This document shows, piece by piece, positions 18,969 through 27,775 of a DNA stretch of 64,000 nt. A program made the position numbers and the translations under genes. The stretch is taken from positions 1,941 through 65,940 of the forward strand of contig CAYSRM010000001.1 of assembly GCA_964433435.1 (NCBI GenBank), in the 5' to 3' direction. The notes under the pieces are model-generated. The model was not told where the DNA came from, did no database searches, and saw only the letters and a list, made by a program, of their open reading frames with translations. This DNA comes from an uncultured Victivallales bacterium. GTDB lineage: Bacteria; Verrucomicrobiota; Kiritimatiellia; UBA8416; CAYSRM01. The first letter of the stretch is position 1; each line of letters begins with the position of its first letter.

Positions 18969-20012
18969 ATGAGAGGGTTTATACGAAAGTCTGTCAGTGA
19001 TATGGATGGGTATGTTCCCGGCGAACAGCCGAAGGATGCTGATTTTATAAAGCTCAATACCAACGAGAATCCTTATTCTCCTTCGCCGCAGGTTCAACTG
19101 GTGTTGAGGGAATTCAGCGCCGGGGAGTTGCGGCGATATCCCGATCCGGTATGTGCTGAGCTCAGGGATGCCATAGCATACATTCACAATTGCCGCATGG
19201 AGCAGGTTTTTGTGGGCAACGGGTCTGACGAGATTCTTTCGCTTTGCACAAGGGCTTTTGTGGAAAGCGGTCAGACGGTTAGTTATTTTGAACCTTCATA
19301 TTCTCTTTATCCTGTGCTGGCGGCAATTCGTGATGTTGATACTGAACCCGTTGAGCTTGGTGATGATTTTCAGTGGCGTTTTCCGGATCCGGCCAGCGCA
19401 GGTGTTTTTTTTCTGACAAATCCAAATGCTCCGACCGGGCTACTGTATCCGCGAGACCAGGTCGCAGAGTTCTGCCGGTCGTTTCAGGGTGTTGTTGTAT
19501 TGGACGAAGCCTACGTGCATTTCGCGTCATGCGACTGTATGGAGCTTGCTCTTCAGTTTGAAAATGTGGTTTGTATGAGGACCTTTTCTAAATCCTTTTC
19601 GCTTGCGGGTATCCGTGTGGGGTATGCTGTGGGCAGTCCCGCACTGATGGAAGCTTTGTTCAAGATCAAGGATTCCTACAATGTTAATGTTTTATCTCAG
19701 TCCCTTGCTCTTGCGGCTATCCGGGACATTGATTATATGCGTAGGAATGTGGAACGCATTAAGAAAAGCAGGCTGTATATGTGTGACGAGTTGAACAGTA
19801 TGGGTTTTGCTGTATTCCCTTCAGAAACAAATTTTTTATGGGTTCGTCATAATTCTTTTGAGGCAGCCGTACTTTTTGAGAAACTCAAGCAGAGCCGTAT
19901 CCTGGTGAGACATTTTGCGGGCCGAAGGACTGGTGAGTATCTGAGGATTACAGTAGGGGCGGAAGACGAAGTGGAGCAACTTGTCAGGACCCTGCGGAAG
20001 ATTTGCCGGTGA
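18969..20012 (+). CDS. hisC: Histidinol-phosphate aminotransferase
   Basis: Class II aminotransferase fold with the PLP-lysine region (…FSKSFSLAGIRVGY…). Adjacent to hisD and hisB. Confidence 0.9.
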   Translation: MRGFIRKSVSDMDGYVPGEQPKDADFIKLNTNENPYSPSPQVQLVLREFSAGELRRYPDPVCAELRDAIAYIHNCRMEQVFVGNGSDEILSLCTRAFVESGQTVSYFEPSYSLYPVLAAIRDVDTEPVELGDDFQWRFPDPASAGVFFLTNPNAPTGLLYPRDQVAEFCRSFQGVVVLDEAYVHFASCDCMELALQFENVVCMRTFSKSFSLAGIRVGYAVGSPALMEALFKIKDSYNVNVLSQSLALAAIRDIDYMRRNVERIKKSRLYMCDELNSMGFAVFPSETNFLWVRHNSFEAAVLFEKLKQSRILVRHFAGRRTGEYLRITVGAEDEVEQLVRTLRKICR

Positions 20013-20053
20013 TTAACGTAAGCGTGTATTGCGCTGCATAACGGAGAAAAGTC

Positions 20054-20665
20054 ATGAGCAACACAGGAAAGCAGAGCAGATTGCGGAATGCAGAAGTGAA
20101 GCGAAAGACAAGAGAGACGGATATTCGAGTGGCACTTTCTATTGACGGGGGAGGCAAATGTGCCGTGGAAACCGGCATACCTTTCATGGACCATATGCTT
20201 GAGTTATTGGGCAGGCATTCTCTGATGGATTTAACCGTGAAGGCATCCGGCGACCTTGAGGTGGACTATCATCATACCGTTGAGGACCTTGGACTGGTCT
20301 TTGGGGAGGCTCTTGATAATGCGCTGGGTCAGCGGCGCGGGATAAAGCGGTTTGGTTGGAGCATGGTTCCGATGGATGAATCGCTTAGCAGGGTTGTGAT
20401 TGATCTTGGAGGGCGGCCGTTTCTGGTTTATGAAATGGCATGCCGGAAAAGAAAGATCAGGGACTTTGATTTGAATCTTCTTAAGGAGTTTTTCCGGGCG
20501 TTTTGCACTAATGCGAGGTTAAATCTGCATATCTGCCAGTTGTACGGCAATGAGCCGCACCATGCGCACGAATCGGTTTTCAAGGCAGTTGCCAGGGCGT
20601 TGCGGATGGCATGTGCGGTTGATGAAGATGCGTTGGGGGTTCCTTCCACGAAGGGGAAGATATAG
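20054..20665 (+). CDS. hisB: Imidazoleglycerol-phosphate dehydratase
   Basis: IGPD Mn-binding motifs (…DHHHTVEDLG…, …GNEPHHAHES…). Confidence 0.93.
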   Translation: MSNTGKQSRLRNAEVKRKTRETDIRVALSIDGGGKCAVETGIPFMDHMLELLGRHSLMDLTVKASGDLEVDYHHTVEDLGLVFGEALDNALGQRRGIKRFGWSMVPMDESLSRVVIDLGGRPFLVYEMACRKRKIRDFDLNLLKEFFRAFCTNARLNLHICQLYGNEPHHAHESVFKAVARALRMACAVDEDALGVPSTKGKI

Positions 20666-20671
20666 GGTCAT

Positions 20672-20930
20672 TTGCTCGCTGCGCGAGGGGCATTGGTCAT
20701 TGGTCATTAGTCATTGGTGGGGGAGGGGGGAATATTCAATATCCAACCACGCCTTCGCTCGGGTAGCTTCGGCGGGCGCTGCCACGCCTTCGCTCAGATA
20801 GCTTCGGCGGGCGCAGCACGGAATGGTTAATGATGAAGGGTGGGAAAGAAGAAGATTGTAACCACAGAGAGCACAGAGAAGAGGAAGAAGAGATAGACTG
20901 CGAAAAGTGCGAAAGGGCGCGAAATTGGGG
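20672..20930. repeat. Mosaic intergenic repeat, copy 3 (hisB-hisA spacer). Order is A-B-C-C-D-…-E with a tandem C duplication
   Basis: A at 20688-20718, B at 20719-20746, C at 20747-20778, second C at 20781-20816, D at 20817-20856, E-like at 20898-20927. Confidence 0.7.
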
Positions 20931-20995
20931 GAGGTTGGGATGTTTGCAGGGAGCAGGCACGAGGCATGCTCTTACGGATGGGGAGGAGAGTTGAT

Positions 20996-21718
20996 ATGTT
21001 TACGGTTATTCCGGCGATTGATATTAAAGATGGCAAATGTGTGCGTTTGATTCAGGGGAAGCCGGATGAGGTTACGGTTTATTCCGACAATCCTGTTGAC
21101 ATGGCCCTTCGGTGGGAATCTGAGGGAGCCGGAAGGCTCCATGTTGTTGATCTTGATGGGGCGTTTAAGGGCGCTGGCGTGCATAATGATATAATTGAGC
21201 AGATATGCGCGGCCATAGATATACCGGTGCAGCTTGGCGGGGGATTGAGGAGTGAAAGCGATGTACAGCGTGCGCTTGATTCCGGTGTTGACACGGCAAT
21301 TGTCGGCACCAAAGCCGCGACTGATCCTGATTCGATCAAGGGGTTGGCTGAGCGTTTTGGAGCTTCGCTTGGAGTGGGGATTGATGCCATGGACGGAGAG
21401 GTGATGGTAAAGGGATGGGCCGAGGGTTCTGGCGTCAGCGCTGTGGAAATTGCAAGGAAGATGGATGCTTATGGCGTCGGCAGGATTATATACACGGACA
21501 TATCCCGGGACGGTATGCTGACAGGTGTTAACCTTGAGGCCGTGAAAGAGCTTTGTGTTTCTGTCGGGTGTGAAGTCATTGCATCCGGCGGGGTCGGCAG
21601 TATTAAAGACTTAGACAGTCTTAAGGCATTGGAGTGTCGGAACCTTGCGGGTGTAATAGTCGGGAAAGCGCTTTATGAAGGAAAGATATCGCTGGAAAGG
21701 AGCAGCAGTCAATGTTGA
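20996..21718 (+). CDS. hisA: ProFAR isomerase HisA
   Basis: …VIPAIDIKDGKCVRL… N-terminus and (βα)8 barrel signature. Start set to the ATG at 20996 with a GGAGGAG RBS. Separated from hisB by a 330-bp repeat-bearing spacer. Confidence 0.88.
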   Translation: MFTVIPAIDIKDGKCVRLIQGKPDEVTVYSDNPVDMALRWESEGAGRLHVVDLDGAFKGAGVHNDIIEQICAAIDIPVQLGGGLRSESDVQRALDSGVDTAIVGTKAATDPDSIKGLAERFGASLGVGIDAMDGEVMVKGWAEGSGVSAVEIARKMDAYGVGRIIYTDISRDGMLTGVNLEAVKELCVSVGCEVIASGGVGSIKDLDSLKALECRNLAGVIVGKALYEGKISLERSSSQC

Positions 21719-22998
21719 TGGAGGTTCAAGAGAGTAAGCTTGAGAATGGTATCAGGGTGGTAAGTTCCCGGATACCGAGAGTGGAAAGCGTATCTATTGG
21801 TGTGTGGGTTGGTATAGGAGCGAGGCACGAGAGCGCAAAGGTTTCCGGCATAAGCCATTTTATTGAACACCTGTTGTTCAAAGGCACCGGCAGGAGGACG
21901 GCAGGGGAAATTTCCCGTTCTATAGAGGGGCGGGGCGGTTATCTGAATGCGTTTACTCAAGAGGAGAACACCTGCTATTACGCGCGTGTGCCCAGCGACA
22001 GGATATGGTCTACGCTGGACGTTCTGCTTGACATGTACACGAATGCTTCCCTTGCGGAAGCAGAGATTGAAAAAGAGAAGAACGTGATCATTGAAGAGAT
22101 AATGATGTATCGGGATCAGCCGCAACACGTGGTTCAGGACAATCTTTCTGTTGCTTTATGGAAGAACCACCCGCTGGGCCGGCCTATTATCGGAAATACT
22201 GAAAGTGTAAAAAACATTGGCCGAAGCGACGTGGTTTCTTTTCGCGAGGGCAAGTATGTTTCAGGGAATACAGTGGTTGCATTTGCCGGGTGTCTTGAAC
22301 ATGACAAATGTGTTGAGAAGGTGCGGCAGTTGACACAAGGAGCCCGGCCGGGCAGGCGTTCAACCTGCAGAAAGGCCACGCCTCAAGTTAAGCAAAAGGA
22401 GCTTATCAGGGAAAACCGCGACATTGAACAGGTTCATGCCGCCATTGGAATCAGGCTTTTCGGGTACAGGGATGAACGCCGGTATGTTTTGAAGGTTCTT
22501 AGCGCTGTTCTGGGTGAGAATATGAGTTCGCGTTTATTTCAGAGGATTCGCGAGAAGCACGGGCTTGCCTATTCGATTCATTCGGGCTCACATTTGTACA
22601 GAGACACAGGCGCTCTTATTATTGCCGGAGGGCTGGTAAGGAGCAGATATGGCAAGGCAATCGAGCTTACCGCGGGAGAATTGCGCAAGTTGAAGGACAA
22701 AGACGTATCCCGGGCGGAGCTGCGGCGGGCAAAGGATTACGCAACGGGCCAACTCAAGCTGGGCATGGAGAGCACCAGTCACCAGATGATAAGAGCTGGT
22801 GAGAATCTTCTTTCCCATGGCCGCTTTCTGGAACCGGAAGACACTATCGCTTCTATAGAGAAAGTCACTGCCGGGGACATCCGTGAGCTTGCATGCGACG
22901 TGCTTACTCCTTCGAGGATCAGCATATCGCTGGTTGGTAAGGAACTTAGCGAGATGGACGACAGGCTGACTATGGATTGTATGAGTATTCTGGGTTAG
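21712..22998 (+). CDS. M16-family zinc peptidase (pitrilysin-like)
   Basis: Inverted zinc motif HFIEHLLFKGT plus downstream Glu. 428 aa. Confidence 0.85.
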   Translation: MLMEVQESKLENGIRVVSSRIPRVESVSIGVWVGIGARHESAKVSGISHFIEHLLFKGTGRRTAGEISRSIEGRGGYLNAFTQEENTCYYARVPSDRIWSTLDVLLDMYTNASLAEAEIEKEKNVIIEEIMMYRDQPQHVVQDNLSVALWKNHPLGRPIIGNTESVKNIGRSDVVSFREGKYVSGNTVVAFAGCLEHDKCVEKVRQLTQGARPGRRSTCRKATPQVKQKELIRENRDIEQVHAAIGIRLFGYRDERRYVLKVLSAVLGENMSSRLFQRIREKHGLAYSIHSGSHLYRDTGALIIAGGLVRSRYGKAIELTAGELRKLKDKDVSRAELRRAKDYATGQLKLGMESTSHQMIRAGENLLSHGRFLEPEDTIASIEKVTAGDIRELACDVLTPSRISISLVGKELSEMDDRLTMDCMSILG

Positions 22999-23063
22999 TC
23001 CGCATAGGTTTGCCCTGTGCTGGATTGAGAAAGCGCTGAATACAGGTTAAAGAGGTCGCTATA

Positions 23064-24737
23064 ATGCGAGTCGAGCAGAGACGGCCACTTGTGGGAATAG
23101 TTCTGGCCTTTATGTCGGGTATTCTTTCTGCGCATATCGCGGGTGGAATGTTCCTGGCCACCTGGATGCCTGTGGTTGCTTGTGTATCCGCAGGTTGGCT
23201 GGCTTTTCTGGTTCAGCGCTGCTTTTCGGGGGTGCGCTGGATTGCTTCGGTGGCGTCTTGTTTCTCTATTTTTCTTTCTGTGTTTTTTTTCGGGTATGCC
23301 ATGGATCCGGGTGCAGAGAGCGCAGCCCGGCGTACGTCTATGGTTTCGATCCTGCAACTGGCGCAATCCGGCGAGACAGTCCGGATCAGCGGGACTGTTT
23401 CAAGTCATCCGGAAATGCGAGATCTGGAAGATTCAGGCCGCAGGATATGTACGTTTAAATTGTCTCCCTGCGGCCTTCAGGCCGGCGCTGAGGCCAGGAC
23501 GCTTAACGGCGTAACTATCCGGTGCAATCTTTTCGGATTGCCTGGCGCTCGAAATCCGCGTTACGGTGAGCGTTGGGAATTTACAGGAAGGCTTCGGGCG
23601 TTTCCACCGTTAAACATTGATGAAATTGAATTTCTGAAAAAAGACGGTGTTTCAAGGCATGGCAGGAAGCTTGCTCGACTTGCAGATCGTTTTTATGTCA
23701 GCGGCGGCATGAAGAGCGCCAGGTTTATGGGCAGAAGCGTCGGTTCGGGCTTGAAGCAGCGAATTTACGCAGCCAGGGCGGCAGGATCCGATTTGCTTGG
23801 CCTCGGTGTGGACGATTTTCCTCTGTCCGTATCGATCACCCGCGCTTTGCTTCTGGGTTATCGTTCCGGTGTGCCTCCGGAAGTCCGTTCCCTTTTTGCT
23901 GAGACCGGCACTTTGCATGTCTTTGCTATATCCGGCCTTCATGTGGGGATAGTCGCTGCGATTATTGTTTTCGTGATGAGCGCTGCAAAGATTCCAAGAA
24001 CTCGCTGGTTTTTTGTTCTCGCTCCTTCGCTTGGCCTTTATATTGTGTCGACCGGGGCGAGTCCAAGCGCTGTGCGCGCGGGAATTATGGCTCTTGCGTA
24101 CTTTGCCGCCTATTTGATAGGGAGGAAAGGCGACACCTTATCGGCTCTTGCGTTGTCAGCTCTTGTGATTCTGGTGATTTCGCCGGGGCGGATGACTTCG
24201 CCCGGTTTTATTTTTTCCTTTGTAGTAGTTTCGGGACTTCTTGCTATCTACCCGTTGTTTCATGTTAGGATTCGACATATTGTAAGCCCGGACCCGTTGC
24301 GGCTTGAGCCTGAGCGATGGTGGAAGCGCGCTTTGAGTGTTGGATGCGGGTATTGTCTTTCCGTAGCAGGGCTTTCGGTTTCTGCCTGGCTGGTGTCAGC
24401 TCCGCTGAGTGCGGTCTTCTTTCAAACGATAAGCCCTGTTGCATTGCTTGGAAACGTGTTTGTTACTCCTCTTACTTTTCTTATAGTGCTTACTGCTTCT
24501 CTTTCCGTCGTATGCGGTTCTGTTGCGGGATTTATTGGCAGCATATTGAATCATGCAAATGTTGCTTTCACGTCGGTATTGATATGGCTAACAGGCGGTA
24601 TTCACAGTCTTCCGCTGGCGACGTTGAAAGTTGACAGGCCGCCGATCGGGATAGTGGTCGGGTGGTATTTGCTGCTTGCTGTTGTGGTTGCTTACATGCG
24701 AGGGAAATCAGATCCTGGGCCGGTGGGGAAGCGGTAG
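23064..24737 (+). CDS. comEC: ComEC/Rec2-family competence channel. Competence domain only; no metallo-beta-lactamase domain
   Basis: DUF4131-like N-terminus plus polytopic competence domain (…GTLHVFAISGLHVGIV…). 557 aa. Confidence 0.78.
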   Translation: MRVEQRRPLVGIVLAFMSGILSAHIAGGMFLATWMPVVACVSAGWLAFLVQRCFSGVRWIASVASCFSIFLSVFFFGYAMDPGAESAARRTSMVSILQLAQSGETVRISGTVSSHPEMRDLEDSGRRICTFKLSPCGLQAGAEARTLNGVTIRCNLFGLPGARNPRYGERWEFTGRLRAFPPLNIDEIEFLKKDGVSRHGRKLARLADRFYVSGGMKSARFMGRSVGSGLKQRIYAARAAGSDLLGLGVDDFPLSVSITRALLLGYRSGVPPEVRSLFAETGTLHVFAISGLHVGIVAAIIVFVMSAAKIPRTRWFFVLAPSLGLYIVSTGASPSAVRAGIMALAYFAAYLIGRKGDTLSALALSALVILVISPGRMTSPGFIFSFVVVSGLLAIYPLFHVRIRHIVSPDPLRLEPERWWKRALSVGCGYCLSVAGLSVSAWLVSAPLSAVFFQTISPVALLGNVFVTPLTFLIVLTASLSVVCGSVAGFIGSILNHANVAFTSVLIWLTGGIHSLPLATLKVDRPPIGIVVGWYLLLAVVVAYMRGKSDPGPVGKR

Positions 24738-24747
24738 GCGGCAAGGG

Positions 24748-24813
24748 TGAGAGGGTGGCGCAGGGGGGGCGAGAGGGTGGCGCAGGGGGGGCGGAGAGGG
24801 TGGCAGTACGGGG
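24748..24813. repeat. 22-bp G-rich tandem repeat x3 between convergent comEC and the PAP2 gene
   Basis: GAGAGGGTGGCGCAGGGGGGGC twice exactly, then a degenerate third unit. The comEC ORF terminates at 24737. Confidence 0.7.
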
Positions 24814-24814
24814 G

Positions 24815-25912
24815 CTAATGATGGGGAAAGGCGGGCTGGATTTTTTCTATTAGTCCTTTGTTGTTGATGGTTACAGTTGTTTCTCTCGGGCGTCTTCGAC
24901 CTATGGCAAGGAGTTTGAAGTCCCGGCATATTCTTCTTTTTCTGTCTGAAATGAAGTCGAGAGAGAGGTTATGTTTTTTCTTTATTTCTGCCTGGAGGTC
25001 TTCGGAATCCGGGCTGATTATGATGGTTGTAAAGCTATCCCTTGTGTTTTTAAGGGCCAAGTCCAGTTGCTGCAATTTGTTTATGTTAGCTGGAGCTTTT
25101 ATGCAAGGTGCGAAGATGAGTCTGTAGTTGTGGTGCTCGGTTCGGTCTGAGGATATGGTTTTGCCTTCGATCGTGACCGCGCTGAAGGAGGGGCATTTAT
25201 TTCCTTTTTTCAAACCTGTGCTGTTGTCGGGCCAGAATCCCTGTTGCATTGCATATGGAAGCCGTTTGCGGATTGCATCTTCTATTGAGAAGTAGTGTGT
25301 TTTGATCAGGCTGGTCAGGCCGTAGCCCGTGAGCATGCCCCCGTAGACATCGGATATCCAGTGCGCTTCGTGGACCACCCGCGACAATCCTGTAAGGGTC
25401 GCAACAGCATAGAAGAGCCAGTGCATTCTGGGATAGAGTCCAGCCAGAAAGGTGGCGAAAACAAAAGCGAATGTTGTATGTCCTGAAGGGAAGCAGACAG
25501 AATGGCCCTGTTCCCACCCTGACAGGAACGGCACAAAGGTCATCTCGTAACCGCAACGGGAGGGCCTTATTCTGCCGACCGTGTGTTGTAAAATCCAGAC
25601 CAGAAAATATGAAGCTGCCAGCGAAAGAACCAGCCAGATGATGTATTTTCTTTTGTCCGGGTCGTATTCCCATAGAAACATGCATATCAGAAGAGCGCTG
25701 AAAACCACCCCGAATTGTTCAAAGAACACCCAGAAAGTGCTGTCGGTCAGGTAGTAGAAAAACATGTATGCAAAGTTTTTTTTCGGATTACGGATATGTC
25801 GGACCTGGACCATTGTTTCGGGCCCTACCTCCAACGTCTCGGTGGCCACTGTCTTGGAGTCTTTATGAAGACGCAGGCTTACGCTGTCGCCCGCTTCTTT
25901 CTTGTATTCCAT
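24815..25912 (-). CDS. PAP2 (acid phosphatase/phosphoesterase) membrane domain fused to a C-terminal peroxiredoxin/Bcp-like thioredoxin-fold domain
   Basis: PAP2 motifs K..GRIRPSR, PSGHT and SRVVHEAHWISDV. C-terminal approximately 140 aa align to a PrxQ/Bcp scaffold (…RLIFAPCIKAP…ISPDS…KKKHNLSLDFISD…CRDF.LLA…TTVTINNKGLI), but the canonical T-x-x-C peroxidatic motif is altered. Confidence 0.7.
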   Translation of the reverse strand: MEYKKEAGDSVSLRLHKDSKTVATETLEVGPETMVQVRHIRNPKKNFAYMFFYYLTDSTFWVFFEQFGVVFSALLICMFLWEYDPDKRKYIIWLVLSLAASYFLVWILQHTVGRIRPSRCGYEMTFVPFLSGWEQGHSVCFPSGHTTFAFVFATFLAGLYPRMHWLFYAVATLTGLSRVVHEAHWISDVYGGMLTGYGLTSLIKTHYFSIEDAIRKRLPYAMQQGFWPDNSTGLKKGNKCPSFSAVTIEGKTISSDRTEHHNYRLIFAPCIKAPANINKLQQLDLALKNTRDSFTTIIISPDSEDLQAEIKKKHNLSLDFISDRKRRICRDFKLLAIGRRRPRETTVTINNKGLIEKIQPAFPHH

Positions 25913-26455
25913 AATTCTCTGTTCGCCGCCGCGGTGTATATCCCTGAAGAACCTGTGGTATTGCTGGGCAAGCGGTTCATCAAAGAAAAAGAGTCCGACG
26001 AGGATTGCTGAATTAAAGAGAAAAAGACGGATAAGTCGGTTGTGAATGAAGATTTTGATAATGCGTTTCCAAAAGCTGATGGTTATTATCCCGTTTTTTT
26101 TCCGAATCAGTTAATGCCCGGGTTCTGATTGTATTTTTTCATTTTTATGGGATGGTCTGTTGTTTTTTTCATAATTCATGCCACGGCATTGTAAGGACAA
26201 CTGTCTGACTTGGCAACACGAGAAAGAGGGGGGAATACGCATTATGACACCATGGCTTCAATAGAGTCGGCCAGGAATGGCCGACTTACTGGAGTAAGGC
26301 GGGTCATTCCTGCCTGTCCTTTTATGTGAGAATGGCCATAATGAGAATCGCTGGAGCGGAGGCGGAGGATTAGAATTGCTGTTTATATGGTGAAAGTTGT
26401 AGGGTTATGCGGTTAAGCGGAACACTCGAATTCTTAAGGGAGGAATGGATCAACT

Positions 26456-27775
26456 ATGCGTATTGAATTTCAAGATGATTTTTTATCTTGTTGTAAGTTT
26501 GTGCGGCTTTTGTCCTGTTTTGGTTTGTTGATATTTGCGGTGTCGACGGTTTGTTTTGCTTCTAAAGCTGAGGTTGTCTCAGGGGAAGTTGATGTTAGCA
26601 ACGAAAGCGACATTGCATACCGCAAAATAAAGCAGCTTGTCGAAGTCATGATACACATACGGGAGCATTATGTAAAAGAAGTCGGGTATGATGAGATTGT
26701 TGAAGGAGCCCTTCAAGGGATGCTTAGATCCATTGACAGATACAGTGGTTTTCTTGAGAAGAAGGCGTTTGACGAAATACGGATGGAGACAACCGGACAG
26801 TATAGCGGAATTGGCATTCATGTGGGTGTTCGCGATAATCTTCTTACCGTTATTGCTCCTATCGAGGACAGTCCCGGGTTCAGGGCGGGTCTGCAATCGG
26901 GTGATAAAATTCTTGAGATTGACGGGGAAGAGATGATTGATCCTTCCCTGGAAGAAGCAGTCAAAAAGATGCGGGGCAAAAAAGGGGTTCCGGTAACGCT
27001 GATGATCAGGAGAGAAGATGAGAATGAGGCCAGGGAAATCACAATAGTGAGGGATGACATAGAGGTTCCTTCCGTTAAAGGGCAGCGAATGGTTCGTGAC
27101 AACATAGGGTACGTTCGGATTACCACTTTTGCCGAGACGACCCCGGACCATCTGGAGTCGGTTCTGGAGTCTCTGAAAACGAATAATCTTGAAGCCCTGA
27201 TCCTTGATTTGCGAAGCAATCCGGGCGGACTTTTGTCGGCGGCTCATCAAGTGGCCCAGAAATTTCTTAAGCGGGGTGCTCTGATTGTGACGACGAAGGG
27301 GCGGACTGGGGTGCATGAACCTAGAGAGTTTAAAGCAGGAGGAAATTATGTCCTGGGCGACATGCCGATTGCGGTACTGATTAACGGAGGCAGCGCAAGC
27401 GCTTCGGAAATTGTTGCCGGCGCTTTGCATGCTCACAACAAGGCCATCCTGGTCGGTGACACCAGTTTCGGTAAGGGGTCCGTGCAGAGTGTGGTGCCGT
27501 TGCGCAGCGAAGAGGGCACAGCGATACGACTTACTACGGCTTACTATTACACGCCGGACGGGCGGAAGATACACGAAAAGGGCCTTGAACCTGATGTGCG
27601 GGTGTATGTTTCCGCCGGGGAATGGCGCCGGATTCAGCTTGACAGGGCTCGAATTGAAACGAGGGAAACTTCTGCTGAGGGCGAGGGTATAAACGGGGAG
27701 GTAAATGATTCTCAGCTTGAAAGGGCTGCAGATATTCTGCAGGCCGTGATTAAATTCGAGGCTATGGGCCTATGA
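26456..27775 (+). CDS. ctpA: S41 C-terminal processing peptidase (tail-specific protease family) with PDZ domain and signal peptide
   Basis: PDZ segment (…GLQSGDKILEIDGEE…) and an S41 catalytic region (…NGGSASASEIVAGAL…GDTSFGKGSVQ…). Confidence 0.85.
   Translation: MRIEFQDDFLSCCKFVRLLSCFGLLIFAVSTVCFASKAEVVSGEVDVSNESDIAYRKIKQLVEVMIHIREHYVKEVGYDEIVEGALQGMLRSIDRYSGFLEKKAFDEIRMETTGQYSGIGIHVGVRDNLLTVIAPIEDSPGFRAGLQSGDKILEIDGEEMIDPSLEEAVKKMRGKKGVPVTLMIRREDENEAREITIVRDDIEVPSVKGQRMVRDNIGYVRITTFAETTPDHLESVLESLKTNNLEALILDLRSNPGGLLSAAHQVAQKFLKRGALIVTTKGRTGVHEPREFKAGGNYVLGDMPIAVLINGGSASASEIVAGALHAHNKAILVGDTSFGKGSVQSVVPLRSEEGTAIRLTTAYYYTPDGRKIHEKGLEPDVRVYVSAGEWRRIQLDRARIETRETSAEGEGINGEVNDSQLERAADILQAVIKFEAMGL

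Noticed and set aside
24748-24813. CRISPR array?
   Set aside because: Only about three direct repeats of 22 bp with no intervening unique spacers and no cas genes. A simple tandem repeat.
26579-27574. 331-aa minus-strand ORF antisense to ctpA
   Set aside because: Antisense to a strongly supported S41 peptidase. No motifs. Shadow ORF.
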